A stretch of DNA of 64,000 nt from an uncultured Gammaproteobacteria bacterium (lineage in GTDB: Bacteria; Patescibacteriota; Microgenomatia; CAYQLK01): positions 595,396-659,395 of the forward strand of contig CAYOLO010000001.1 in NCBI GenBank assembly GCA_964404855.1. The letters run 5' to 3'. Shown here piece after piece: positions 19,791 to 30,063 of this stretch. Each line of letters begins with the position of its first letter. Position 1 is the first letter of the stretch. The translations under genes were made by a program, and so were the position numbers. The notes beneath the pieces were generated by a model. That model ran no database searches. It worked only from the letters and a program-made list of their open reading frames with translations, and had not been told where the DNA came from.

Positions 19791-21782
19791 TTATTTAAGA
19801 ATATCTATTTGATTACGAATTTCTATTGCCTTTTCAAAATCTAGATCGTTTGCGGCTTCGTGCATCTGACGCATCAAAAATTTAATAATTTTGGTTTTTT
19901 CATCAGGCAAAATTACTCCTGTTTTGGCTTTTTCAATGGCATTTATAATTACATCGTCAAGTTTAGGTACTTCGGGTGCATCTAGATCTCTGTCGGAAAG
20001 TTTGTCTCTGACTCTTTTAGTAATTCCAATGGGAGTGATTTTATGTTTGAGATTGTATTGGAGTTGGATTTTGCGCCTGCGAGTTACCTCGTCTATCGCA
20101 GCCTGCATCGAGTCGGTGGTCTTGTCGGCATACATAATGACGCGTCCATCGAGATGACGGGCTGCTCTACCCATTGTCTGAATAAGCGAAGTTCTGGACC
20201 GCAAAAACCCTTCTTTGTCGGCGTCGAGAATAGCCACAAGCGAGACTTCTGGTAGATCTAAACCCTCTCTAAGAAGGTTGATTCCGACAATGCAATCGTA
20301 TTTCCCAAGACGCAGGTCATCTAAAATATCTGTTCTGTCGAGTGTGGTGATATCAGAGTGTAAATATTGAACATTGATACTTTTTTCTTCTAGATATTTT
20401 GATAAGTCTTCAGCCATTCTTTTGGTTAATGTAGTAACCAAAACCCTTTGACCTTTTTCAACTCTGTTTTTGACCTCAACTATTAAATCATCAATTTGTC
20501 CTTCGGTTGGTCTGATATCAATTTCTGGATCAACAAGCCCCGTTGGTCTGATAATTTGCTCAATAACCTTGCCGTTTGAAAGCGAAACTTCATATTCATT
20601 AGGGGTGGCTGAGACATAAACGGCTTGATTAATCTTACGACTGAACTCGTCAAATTTTAAAGGCCTGTTGTCTAGTGCTGAAGGTAAGCGAAAACCAAAA
20701 TCGATTAAGGTTTGTTTGCGTGCCTGGTCTCCGTTATACATACCTCTGATTTGAGGCAAGGTAATATGTGATTCATCGACCATTAATAAATAATCATCTG
20801 CAAAATAATCGAGTAATGAATATGGTGGTTCGCCTGGTTTTCGTCCGTCAAAATATCGAGAGTAGTTTTCGATACCGTTGCAGTAACCTAACTCTTGAAT
20901 AATTTCCATATCGTAATTGGTTTTTTGGCTGATTCGGTGAGCCTCAAGATCTTTACCAAGACGTTTGAGCTCTTTGACGCGCAAATCAAGGTCAGCCAAA
21001 ATTTGTTTTCGGCCTGCTTCAAACGTATCTCTGGAGGCCTGATAGTGTTTGGCTGGATAAAGAATCGCTTTTTGTAGTTCTCGAACCGTTGTGGCGTTAA
21101 TTGGGTCAGTTACCGTGATTTTGGTAATAGTATCGCCACTAAAATACAACCTTAATGGATTTTCTTCATAAGCAGGAAAGATTTCGATTATCTCTCCCCT
21201 TACTCTATAAACACCTCTACGAAAATCAATCTCATTGCGTTCGTATTGGATTCTGTCAAAGGATTTGAGTAGCTCGGATCTGGTAATTGTCTGCCCGACT
21301 GACATTTCGGCAATATAGCGATTGTATTCAACTGGTGAACCAAGGTTGTAGATACACGAGACCGAGGAAACTACAATTACGTCCTTACGTGTCATTAAAT
21401 TCATAGTTGCAGAAAGTCTAAGTTTGTCAATCTCTTGATTGATATCAGTTTCCTTCTCTATGTAGGTGTCTGTTTGCGGAATATAGGCTTCTGGACGGTA
21501 GTAATCGTAATAACTAACAAAATAACTAACGGCGTTATCGGGGAAAAATTCCCTAAACTCTTGATAAAGTTGGGCGGCTAAAGTTTTGTTGTGAGAAATA
21601 ATTAATGTTGGCCTTTGGGTGTTGGCGATGACGTTGGCCATGGTAAAAGTTTTACCTGAACCAGTGACACCAAGTAATGTTTGGTGCTTTTCTTTCGATT
21701 CGACGCCTTTAGTCAGGGTCTCAATCGCCTGTGGCTGATCGCCTGAAGGTTTATAGTCTGATTTGAGTACAAAGCCTGACAT
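19791..21782 (-). CDS. uvrB: Excinuclease ABC subunit B
   Basis: GDQPQAI, GVTGSGKT, YYDYYRPEAY, DESH, GINLLREGLD, C-terminal UVR. Confidence 0.99.
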   Translation of the reverse strand: MSGFVLKSDYKPSGDQPQAIETLTKGVESKEKHQTLLGVTGSGKTFTMANVIANTQRPTLIISHNKTLAAQLYQEFREFFPDNAVSYFVSYYDYYRPEAYIPQTDTYIEKETDINQEIDKLRLSATMNLMTRKDVIVVSSVSCIYNLGSPVEYNRYIAEMSVGQTITRSELLKSFDRIQYERNEIDFRRGVYRVRGEIIEIFPAYEENPLRLYFSGDTITKITVTDPINATTVRELQKAILYPAKHYQASRDTFEAGRKQILADLDLRVKELKRLGKDLEAHRISQKTNYDMEIIQELGYCNGIENYSRYFDGRKPGEPPYSLLDYFADDYLLMVDESHITLPQIRGMYNGDQARKQTLIDFGFRLPSALDNRPLKFDEFSRKINQAVYVSATPNEYEVSLSNGKVIEQIIRPTGLVDPEIDIRPTEGQIDDLIVEVKNRVEKGQRVLVTTLTKRMAEDLSKYLEEKSINVQYLHSDITTLDRTDILDDLRLGKYDCIVGINLLREGLDLPEVSLVAILDADKEGFLRSRTSLIQTMGRAARHLDGRVIMYADKTTDSMQAAIDEVTRRRKIQLQYNLKHKITPIGITKRVRDKLSDRDLDAPEVPKLDDVIINAIEKAKTGVILPDEKTKIIKFLMRQMHEAANDLDFEKAIEIRNQIDILK

Positions 21783-22342
21783 TAGTCGATGGGGATTTCT
21801 AGCACTACTTCGCCTTCAATTTGACCTCTATCTTGAGTAATTAAATTCTTTTCAGCTTTAGTGAATTCTTTATTAAGGCTTTTGGCTAATTTTGTAAAAA
21901 TTTTACTCTTAGCAAAATCGCCATTTTTTTGTAAATCTGAAATTAAACCAACCAGCTGCTCTCTAATTAAATTGACTTCCCTGCGGGACAATTGTGTTTT
22001 ACCAGGAAACCTGCCAAATAATTGATTAAGTGTGGCAAATTTTTCAGACAAAGTTGCACTAGCGTTTTCCAGTGGAGCAAGTGGACTAAAACTTTCTATG
22101 TCGATGTTTGTCCTACTAGTATCCTGGTCGACAATGCGTTGTTCGACAAAGACTGAGGAAAGAAATTCCAACATTTCAGCTGAAAGATCAACATCAAGAA
22201 CTTGTGAGTCGCCTCTGGAGGTGCCAATTATTTCACTTGCAGCGTCAATAACCGCTTCGGCATTAAAAAGTCTATCCTCCTGAAGAATTCTTTCTGCGGC
22301 CGCTACAGCATCATGTTCGTGTTCTGATTCTAGATGAAACAT
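21782..22342 (-). CDS. Hypothetical protein translationally coupled to uvrB
   Basis: 186-aa ORF; stop overlaps uvrB start (TAATG). Confidence 0.6.
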   Translation of the reverse strand: MFHLESEHEHDAVAAAERILQEDRLFNAEAVIDAASEIIGTSRGDSQVLDVDLSAEMLEFLSSVFVEQRIVDQDTSRTNIDIESFSPLAPLENASATLSEKFATLNQLFGRFPGKTQLSRREVNLIREQLVGLISDLQKNGDFAKSKIFTKLAKSLNKEFTKAEKNLITQDRGQIEGEVVLEIPID

Positions 22343-22433
22343 AGTTATTTGGCTTTAATTTGAGCCTCATTTTACCATATTTTGCCCGAAGCTTCTAAAG
22401 AGCTTGTTAAATAGTGTAATAATAAATACAGGT

Positions 22434-23459
22434 ATGAATGATTTAGAACAAAGAGTTCCGGTTGGTGTAGCAAATATTGCAAAAATAATGCCTAATCCTG
22501 AGGCGCTACTTACAATTCCGCAAACGGAAAGAAACCCTGGAGGCCTAGTTGATGCAAGAATTGAAAATTTACGCAAACAACTGAGAGAAAAATACAAAGA
22601 TATGCCACCAGAACGAATTGAATTCGTTTTAGATGTCTTTTTCGGACCTTTTAACTTCAAGGAGTTTGACCGTGAAAAGAGATATTCAAGGGATGAGGCT
22701 AGAGAGATTAAAACTCGATCAGCTAGTATTCAACACTTAATGACACATATGGCACTACATGCTGGAAGCGAAAATGCTGATCCTCAATTTCAATTAAAAA
22801 TAGCAAACCAACTACAAAAATATCAAGAAATTGCCTCAAGTCGATTCGGACGAGATATGGAGCTTAACAAGTTTTTGAAAGGTGTTATGGCGGAAATTGG
22901 TGTGGTCAAAGCACTATTATCCGCTGGATGTGAAGTTGTTCTTCCAGATTATCAACCGCAAAAATCATTCGAGGACAGTCCAGTTTGTCAGATGGATGTT
23001 GATCGTGGAATTGATTTAATTGCCGTAAAGGGTGCGGATATTTTCTTAGTCGATGCTAAAGGCACTAGATACTTCGAGGAACCGACTACAAAAAAAACTA
23101 AAGTTGATGCTAATGGAAACCCACTGGTAAGAAATGCGGTAGATATCGTAGAACAACAAAAATATGAATGGAATTTACCTAGTTTGCGGGGAGTTTCGGG
23201 GGTTGAGGATGTTTTTAGACAACATCCAAGCGCTACTGTGCATAAACTTATGATAAAAGTTCCAACCAGTGAGGAATTTTTGCCACCTATTAATTTACAA
23301 GATGGTAGGCCTGTTGGAAATTCCATTAGATCATTCGCTAGGTTGAACTCTGGTCTTACTAATGATATAATTATGGGTCTAGATAGATCTCGATTGTCCC
23401 GTATGGGATATCAACTATCAACATCAAACGAGGAGGCTGTCAATGCAAAGTCAGCATAG
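22434..23459 (+). CDS. Putative PD-(D/E)XK nuclease-fold protein
   Basis: E..V..AL...G.EV, GIDLIAVK...FLVDAKG; ATG 22434 preferred over TTG 22404. Confidence 0.6.
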   Translation: MNDLEQRVPVGVANIAKIMPNPEALLTIPQTERNPGGLVDARIENLRKQLREKYKDMPPERIEFVLDVFFGPFNFKEFDREKRYSRDEAREIKTRSASIQHLMTHMALHAGSENADPQFQLKIANQLQKYQEIASSRFGRDMELNKFLKGVMAEIGVVKALLSAGCEVVLPDYQPQKSFEDSPVCQMDVDRGIDLIAVKGADIFLVDAKGTRYFEEPTTKKTKVDANGNPLVRNAVDIVEQQKYEWNLPSLRGVSGVEDVFRQHPSATVHKLMIKVPTSEEFLPPINLQDGRPVGNSIRSFARLNSGLTNDIIMGLDRSRLSRMGYQLSTSNEEAVNAKSA

Positions 23460-23652
23460 ACACACGCCCGTTCGTATTACTGGCGAAAACAATGTACCAG
23501 CTCCACTTATTGACGAGCGCGAGCTTGAGATAATTGGCGAAATCGCGGAACAGATCGAAAAGGAATTTCCTGAAGATCCAGACCAAGATGGCATTGTGCC
23601 AACGATTGCGGACGAACCAGCTGGAAACAGCGACACGACCGACCATGAGTGA
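23443..23652 (+). CDS. Small acidic hypothetical protein
   Basis: SD GAGGAGG upstream; overlaps the previous gene end; terminator directly after. Confidence 0.65.
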   Translation: MQSQHRHTPVRITGENNVPAPLIDERELEIIGEIAEQIEKEFPEDPDQDGIVPTIADEPAGNSDTTDHE

Positions 23653-23674
23653 AACATCTCATGGTCTTTTTTTT
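23641..23674 (+). terminator. Intrinsic terminator
   Basis: GACCATGAG-loop-CTCATGGTC + T8. Confidence 0.85.
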
Positions 23675-23705
23675 ATAGGATACTATTGAATAATAAACAT
23701 TAGTC

Positions 23706-23733
23706 TTGATTTTCGGGTTTTCTTTGTTATAAT
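23706..23733 (+). promoter_or_regulatory. Probable sigma70 promoter of lexA
   Basis: TTGATT-16 nt-TATAAT with extended -10 TG. Confidence 0.6.
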
Positions 23734-23801
23734 TATTTTAGACTGAATGAACTTGTGGAAGCAGTACAAGGTCAAAATTACAAAATAAAAAAACAAAAAA
23801 T

Positions 23802-24416
23802 ATGCCAGTTACTTTATACAAAAGACAAAAACAAATTTTAGATTTTATTAATCAGTATGTTTCTGTAAACGGACACTCACCGACATTGCAGGAAATTGCT
23901 GATGCTCTATCACTAAGATCACTTGCAACTGTTCACGAACATCTGCAGGCACTAAGTCGAAAAGGAATAATCAGACGTTTTGAGGGTTCTGTTAGAGGAA
24001 TCGAAGTTTTAGATAAAAAAATTGGTGATTCTTTACAGGGTATTGAACTCCCTTTGTTGGGGTTTATTGCTGCCGGCGCACCGATTGAACCGTACACTGA
24101 CCCAAATGCAACTTTTTCTGTCTCCCCTGCTTTGGTTTCGTCAAAAAAAAGAAGTTATGTTTTGCAAGTAAAAGGCGATTCGATGATCGAAGACGGAATT
24201 CTAGATGGGGACTTTGTTGTAATTGAGGAGCAAAATGTGGCGAATAATGGCGATATTATTGTTGCCTTACTTGAAAACGGAGTTGCGACTTTAAAACGAT
24301 TTTTTAAAGAAAAAGACCGTATCAGATTACAGCCAGCTAATAGCACCATGAAGCCTATTTATGCCAAAAAGGTGACTGTTCAAGGTAAGGTTGTGGGAGT
24401 TATTAGGAAATTTTAA
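23802..24416 (+). CDS. lexA: SOS repressor LexA
   Basis: wHTH (PTLQEIA), IAAG cleavage site, GDSM Ser, TLKR Lys. Confidence 0.97.
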   Translation: MPVTLYKRQKQILDFINQYVSVNGHSPTLQEIADALSLRSLATVHEHLQALSRKGIIRRFEGSVRGIEVLDKKIGDSLQGIELPLLGFIAAGAPIEPYTDPNATFSVSPALVSSKKRSYVLQVKGDSMIEDGILDGDFVVIEEQNVANNGDIIVALLENGVATLKRFFKEKDRIRLQPANSTMKPIYAKKVTVQGKVVGVIRKF

Positions 24417-24493
24417 GATAATAGTTTTGGTTACTGTAGTTGTATAAATTGTAAAAATTGTTTTGCTATATTTGCCTGTGATAGAGTTAAGGT

Positions 24494-24979
24494 ATGGATA
24501 CAAACAACAATAACAACCCCTTGGACCCGGGATTGGGTTCTACTCCTCCTACAAGTGATGCTAGCTCAGATGCTCCAGTTGTTGCACCTGATATGGGTGT
24601 ACCTGTTGCACCGGCTCCAGACCCACTCGATGTTCCAGTAGTGGATGTACCTGTTGCACCAACAACTGATGCACCTGCTCCTGAGATGGAAATGCCAGCT
24701 CCAGTTGCAGATGTTCCTGCACCAGCAGCTGTAGTTGATGTGCCACCAGTTGCACCAGTAAACGATGCGCCTGTTGGGTTTGACCCTGCAATTCCTGCAG
24801 CCGAAGCCCCAGTTGGTGACTCTCAATACAACGCTGACGTTGATGCTGCAAAAGCTGACTTTCATACTGGTATGGATAATATTGAAAAAAAGTATGATGC
24901 TCCAGAAACAACACCTGTTTCAACTGACTCAGCAGTTCCAACTCCAACAACTGACGCTCCAGCCGAAGGTCAGAGTTAA
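24494..24979 (+). CDS. Pro/Ala/Asp/Val-rich low-complexity protein
   Basis: Repeated DVPVAP/DAPV units; coding-like codon periodicity. Confidence 0.7.
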   Translation: MDTNNNNNPLDPGLGSTPPTSDASSDAPVVAPDMGVPVAPAPDPLDVPVVDVPVAPTTDAPAPEMEMPAPVADVPAPAAVVDVPPVAPVNDAPVGFDPAIPAAEAPVGDSQYNADVDAAKADFHTGMDNIEKKYDAPETTPVSTDSAVPTPTTDAPAEGQS

Positions 24980-25041
24980 TAAACAAAGAAAATAATTAAA
25001 TCCCCTTCGATTTATTCAGTTTTGAATATTTAGGAGGGTTT

Positions 25042-25911
25042 TTATGTGGCGTTAGTGTTGCCGGTTGAAAGATTATCCAGTAAGTTGTGTGGGGTCGTAA
25101 CTGGCTTGGTAACTAAAGCGCCTTTATCAAGCTGTCTTAGTTCTGACTCGTAAGTTGATTTAAGCGTTTTATAGATTATTCCTGTGGCAATTGGATCATC
25201 CTGCATCGCAATCTTTATAGCTTCTTGGACGTTTTCAAAATCATGGCCAAGATCCTGAAGTTTAACTATTTTTTCTCTATACCATTGATAAGTGTTAATT
25301 TTATTGAAGGTAACACAAGGTTGTAATGCATCTACTAGTGAAAAACCTTTGTGGTTTATACCCTCAACAATTAAATCTGTGAGCTGAGTAATATCTCCTG
25401 CAAATCCTCTCGAAACGAATGTTGCTCCTGAGATAACCGCAAGAGCAAGCGGATTGAGTGCGGTTTCGATTACACCTTCAGGTGTAGATTTTGACTGATA
25501 TCCTTTGGTTGCAGTTGGAGAACTTTGCCCAGTTGTAAGCCCATAGACGCCGTTATTGTGAATAATAACAGTAATATCATGATTGCCTCGCATAGCTGCA
25601 AGTAAATGATTGAGCCCTTCTCCATAGGTATCGCCATCACCAGCTACGACAACGACATGTTGAGTATGGTTGGCAATTTTTGCCCCTACGGCAACAGGAA
25701 CAGGTCTTCCATGAAGCCCTTCAAACCCATAAGCGTGCATAAAATTGACCATATGCCCATGACAGCCCACTCCATAAACAAGCGTAACTTCGTGGGGTGC
25801 AATATTGAGTTTAACTAAAGCTGATTTGATTGCGGCCCAAATTCCAAAGTCACCACATCCAGCACACCAGTTTGGGAAACAGCCTGAATCAAAATCTTGT
25901 GTAATGCTCAT
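25042..25911 (-). CDS. 2-oxoacid:ferredoxin oxidoreductase beta subunit
   Basis: WCAGCGD, HGR..P, GDGD TPP motif, NNGVYGLTTGQ, PCVTFN. Confidence 0.95.
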   Translation of the reverse strand: MSITQDFDSGCFPNWCAGCGDFGIWAAIKSALVKLNIAPHEVTLVYGVGCHGHMVNFMHAYGFEGLHGRPVPVAVGAKIANHTQHVVVVAGDGDTYGEGLNHLLAAMRGNHDITVIIHNNGVYGLTTGQSSPTATKGYQSKSTPEGVIETALNPLALAVISGATFVSRGFAGDITQLTDLIVEGINHKGFSLVDALQPCVTFNKINTYQWYREKIVKLQDLGHDFENVQEAIKIAMQDDPIATGIIYKTLKSTYESELRQLDKGALVTKPVTTPHNLLDNLSTGNTNAT

Positions 25912-27635
25912 ATTTTTTGAATTGTTTTTTCAAATACTTTAGCTAGATCATACGCCATAAATGGCCTTCCATCGTACCGTCTGACGCGGTGGCCAATTGT
26001 GACACCAGTTAGTTTTTTGAGGTAGCCTTCTAGTTGACCGGTAAAATTATTTTCAACGACAATCACATTTGAACCATCTTTAAGATAATTGACTAATGAT
26101 TTTGTATTGATTGGGTTAAGTCTGTCAATCGAAAGAAACGAATAATCATTTTTATTGGTAACCATGTCTAGTGCATCTAGAATAACTCCTTTGTTTGAAC
26201 CGAAAGAAATAATTTTAAGCTTGCCTTTTTGAGGGTTGATTGGTCTAAATGGTGGTGTTTTGGTGGTTAAAAGTGCAAGTTTTCTGAATCTTTTTTGTGT
26301 CATTTGAATCCTTGTTTTGTCACTTTCAGTAGATTGACCTGATTCTTCGTGTTCGTCAGAATTGGCGGCGAAAACAAAACCTCGCATACCTGGAATAGCG
26401 CGTGGTGAAATTCCATTTGCTGTGACTTGGTACCTACTGTAGTTTTTAGGCTTGTCTCGCTGAGTTATCAAACGACCCCTGTCAATCATGATTTTGGATA
26501 GGTCGAATAAATCAACAGTTGCGTGAGATTCCAGTACCATTTTGTCAGTGAGAATAATTACAGGAGTTTGATAAATATCGGCAAGATTAAAGGCTTCAAT
26601 TGTTGCCCAGAAACACTCAGAAATATCGCCTGGAGACAGAACAATACGAGGAAATTCTCCATGACCAGCTGAAAGCACAAAATCTAAATCTTCTTGGGCA
26701 GTCCAAGTTGGCATTCCCGTAGCGGGACCTGGTCTTTGACCTTCGACAATTACGATTGGGGTTTCGGTAATACCAGCAAGCGACACGCCTTCAGACATCA
26801 AAGCGAATCCTCCTCCGCTGGTTGCCGTCATGGCTCTAACACCTGTAAATGAGGCACCGATAGCCATATTAACGGCCGATATTTCATCTTCGGTATGTTT
26901 GACCACCATGTCATGTTTTGGCCCGTTTTTAGCCAAAAAATGCATCAGTGCTGAGGTAGGAGTCATTGGGTACCCAGCAAAAAACTTACAGCCTGCTGCA
27001 AGAGCACCAAGGGCTATTGCTTCGTTTCCACTAATTAACAATTGATCCTTACGGGGAGTTTTTATAAGAGGCAAAATATCAGGATATTTGGTATTTACAT
27101 AATCAAATCCGTCTTTTGCGACTTTGACATTCTGAACAACGACTTGTGTACCTTTGGCGGCAAATGATCTAGTAAGAACATTTTCTAGTTCAACAAATGG
27201 AATACCAAGAACCGCAACTGCTGCTCCTAACGAGGCGTTGTTAGCCATCAACGGGTCAGCATTATTATCTAGTGCTATTTTGTGTGCCGGAAGATCTATT
27301 TTTCTGACTTTGGTTGGTATGTTCAAATCGTCAGTATTAAATGCGTGTGAATCATAAATAACAGTTGATTTTGATGTAAGTTCATTAAGGTGGAGTTTGA
27401 TGCCGTTTGGATTAAGAGCTACTAAAACTTCAGTTGTGTGTTTGGGAGATCTAACTTGTGATCTGGAAAAAGTAACTTGATATGTGTTATGTCCACCGCG
27501 AATTAATGATGGATATTCTGAGTACCCAAATACATTAAATCCTAAGCTGCTCACAAGGGTCGCAAGTGATTGACCGGTAGTCATAACTCCGGCACCGGCT
27601 TCTCCAGCAACTTTAAAGCTAATTGATTCCAACAT
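25908..27635 (-). CDS. 2-oxoacid:ferredoxin oxidoreductase alpha (gamma-fused) subunit
   Basis: GEAGAGV, YPSLIRGGH, YPMTP, EDEI, TATSGGG, RPGPATG. Confidence 0.95.
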   Translation of the reverse strand: MLESISFKVAGEAGAGVMTTGQSLATLVSSLGFNVFGYSEYPSLIRGGHNTYQVTFSRSQVRSPKHTTEVLVALNPNGIKLHLNELTSKSTVIYDSHAFNTDDLNIPTKVRKIDLPAHKIALDNNADPLMANNASLGAAVAVLGIPFVELENVLTRSFAAKGTQVVVQNVKVAKDGFDYVNTKYPDILPLIKTPRKDQLLISGNEAIALGALAAGCKFFAGYPMTPTSALMHFLAKNGPKHDMVVKHTEDEISAVNMAIGASFTGVRAMTATSGGGFALMSEGVSLAGITETPIVIVEGQRPGPATGMPTWTAQEDLDFVLSAGHGEFPRIVLSPGDISECFWATIEAFNLADIYQTPVIILTDKMVLESHATVDLFDLSKIMIDRGRLITQRDKPKNYSRYQVTANGISPRAIPGMRGFVFAANSDEHEESGQSTESDKTRIQMTQKRFRKLALLTTKTPPFRPINPQKGKLKIISFGSNKGVILDALDMVTNKNDYSFLSIDRLNPINTKSLVNYLKDGSNVIVVENNFTGQLEGYLKKLTGVTIGHRVRRYDGRPFMAYDLAKVFEKTIQKI

Positions 27636-27683
27636 AATTTTTAAAAATTAAGGCTATAAGGCAACTATGATAACATCATTTGT

Positions 27684-28376
27684 ATGAGTGAGAGTCAAGC
27701 TACATCTTTATATGTTATTTCAACTCCAATTGGCAACCTAGCCGATATGACCAACAGAGGACTAATGGCTCTAAAAACTGTCGATACCTTGTTGTGTGAA
27801 GATACCAGACGAACCGCCAAACTATTAAATCACTACGAGATTAAAGCCTCAATGCTGACGTTTGCGGATTTTAATGAAAATAAAATATTCGACCAAATTG
27901 TCGCCAGAATGGAAGATGGCGAAGTTTTTGGCTTAGTCTCTGACGCTGGCACTCCACTAGTTTCAGATCCAGGCTACAAACTATTGCGGGCAGTGATTGA
28001 TAAAGGACTAAAGGTTGAAGTTATGCCTGGAGCTTCGGCGGTGCTTACAGCTTTGGTTGGTTCGGGAATGACGCCTGACAAATTTTTGTTTTTGGGGTTT
28101 TTGTCTAGAAAACTTTCTAAACGAACGAAGGTTTTGGAAGCAGCTAAGTTATTTAAAAACGAAACAGATACTACAATAATTTTTTATGAGGCGCCAACTA
28201 GAATTATTAAGTTTTTGACAGAACTTACGACTTACTTTTCCGATAGAGAGGTTGTTGTGGCTCGGGAATTAACTAAAGAACACGAAGAGTTTATTAGAGG
28301 TAGTTTTGATGACGTAATTGCAAAACTGCAACTTAAAAAAGGTAAAATTAAAGGCGAATTTACAGTTCTGGTTTAA
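27684..28376 (+). CDS. rsmI: 16S rRNA (C1402-2'-O)-methyltransferase
   Basis: TPIGNL.D, CEDTR, SDAGTP.VSDPG, ARELTK.HEE, KGEF. Confidence 0.96.
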   Translation: MSESQATSLYVISTPIGNLADMTNRGLMALKTVDTLLCEDTRRTAKLLNHYEIKASMLTFADFNENKIFDQIVARMEDGEVFGLVSDAGTPLVSDPGYKLLRAVIDKGLKVEVMPGASAVLTALVGSGMTPDKFLFLGFLSRKLSKRTKVLEAAKLFKNETDTTIIFYEAPTRIIKFLTELTTYFSDREVVVARELTKEHEEFIRGSFDDVIAKLQLKKGKIKGEFTVLV

Positions 28377-28378
28377 AT

Positions 28379-30037
28379 TTAAGAATGCAAATGGGTCAGA
28401 AGTGACTGGCCAGTCATATCGCTTGGTACTGGTATGCCCATAATCTGCAAAGCCGTAGGGGCAATATCAGCTAATTTGCCACTTGGTAGCTCTCTAACTA
28501 CCCCCTGAAATTCTGGAACAACAAAGACTGCTGGAACTGGCGAAGTATTATGTTCCGTGTCGACTTGTTTAGTTTGCGGATCAATCATTATCTCAGCATT
28601 ACCATGATCACTTGTAATAATTACTGCACCATTAAGACTGGATACGGTTTGAACAATTGTTTTAACGCACTCATCCACAAGCATAATACTTTCAACGGTT
28701 TTTTCGATATTGCCAGTGTGCCCAAGCATGTCTGGATTAGCAAAATTAATTACTGCAAAATGATATCTAGCCTGAGAAAGTGTGCGAATAAATGTTTTTG
28801 TAATTGTAACGGCTGACATGGCTGGAGCCATATCGTAGGTCGGCACCTTAACAGAAGGAACCATGACTCGATCTTCACCAGTAAAAGCCTGTTCTCTTCC
28901 ACCATTAAAAAAATAAGTAACGTGAGCATATTTTTCAGTTTCGGCAATATGAACCTGTCTTAGCTCTCGTTCAGAGATGACTCTGGCCATTGGGTTTTTG
29001 ATGTTATTTTCTTCAAATGCAATACCTGATACTGTTAGTTTTTTTTCATAATCTGTCATCGTTACAAAACAAATATTTTTGGCAAAATATGATCTATCAA
29101 ATCCGCTGACGGTTTTTTTTATGACTTCGGCGGTTCCGGCTTTGTGCTCATCTAAAGATTCATCGTTTATCTGTTTAACAAAAGGCACTTTGGCAAGGTC
29201 TTTTAATACGAAGCTTTTGGTAATTTGTCTTACTCTGTCAGGACGAAAATTAAACGAAATAATTGAATCATTATCTTTGACTTGACCAATTGGCGTCCCG
29301 CCAGAGTCAGTTATGACTGTTGGAATAATAAATTCATCTGTAATTTTGTTTTGGTATGAAGATTCAAGCACAACTACAGGATCAGTAGATTTTGGACCGA
29401 CTCCAGAAGCGATTGCTTCGTAGGCTTTTTCGGTTCTTTCCCAACGATTATCTCTGTCCATTGCATAATACCTACCGCTAACTGAGGCGATAGTTCCGAG
29501 ATTTTCAGATCTTAATTTGATCTGCATCTGTTGAACAACTGGCAAGCAACCCATTTGTGGTGAATCCCTTCCGTCAGTAAAAATATGAATTTTGATTTTG
29601 TCTGGTGTAATTCCAAACTGCTTTGCTAAATAAACTAGCGCAAACAAGTGATTAACTGAACTATGTACCTCACCCTGCCCAATTAGCCCCATAAGGTGCA
29701 GATTGCTTTTGTTTTTTTTAGTGTGATTAAGTGCAAGGTGAAAAGCATCGTTGTTAAAAAACATGCCATTTTCAATAGCTAAATTAATTCTAAGCAAATC
29801 TTGATAAACAATTCTGCCCGCACCTAAATTAATATGGCCGACTTCAGAATTACCTGCTTGGCCAGACGGTAAGCCAACGGATTCTCCAGAGGCCAAAAGT
29901 TGTGTGTGAGGATAGGTCGCATAAAGGGCTTTTAAGTAAGGTGTACCAGCTAAAGTTACAGCATTTCCTTCACTTGGCGAAGCGATTCCAAACCCATCCA
30001 GAACGATTAATACTACTGGGCCGTCAAGTCTGCGCAT
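28379..30037 (-). CDS. gpmI: 2,3-BPG-independent phosphoglycerate mutase
   Basis: LDGFG, GNSEVGH, GRYYAMDRD, ETEKYAHVT, DMLGHTG, DHGNAE. Confidence 0.97.
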   Translation of the reverse strand: MRRLDGPVVLIVLDGFGIASPSEGNAVTLAGTPYLKALYATYPHTQLLASGESVGLPSGQAGNSEVGHINLGAGRIVYQDLLRINLAIENGMFFNNDAFHLALNHTKKNKSNLHLMGLIGQGEVHSSVNHLFALVYLAKQFGITPDKIKIHIFTDGRDSPQMGCLPVVQQMQIKLRSENLGTIASVSGRYYAMDRDNRWERTEKAYEAIASGVGPKSTDPVVVLESSYQNKITDEFIIPTVITDSGGTPIGQVKDNDSIISFNFRPDRVRQITKSFVLKDLAKVPFVKQINDESLDEHKAGTAEVIKKTVSGFDRSYFAKNICFVTMTDYEKKLTVSGIAFEENNIKNPMARVISERELRQVHIAETEKYAHVTYFFNGGREQAFTGEDRVMVPSVKVPTYDMAPAMSAVTITKTFIRTLSQARYHFAVINFANPDMLGHTGNIEKTVESIMLVDECVKTIVQTVSSLNGAVIITSDHGNAEIMIDPQTKQVDTEHNTSPVPAVFVVPEFQGVVRELPSGKLADIAPTALQIMGIPVPSDMTGQSLLTHLHS

Positions 30038-30063
30038 AAAATTTGGTCTTAATTTTTGGCTTT

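Noticed and set aside
17365-23770. Shared AGTACAAG near uvrA and lexA as a LexA box
   Set aside because: Only an 8-mer, flanking symmetry differs between the sites, none found before the uvrB unit; chance is plausible
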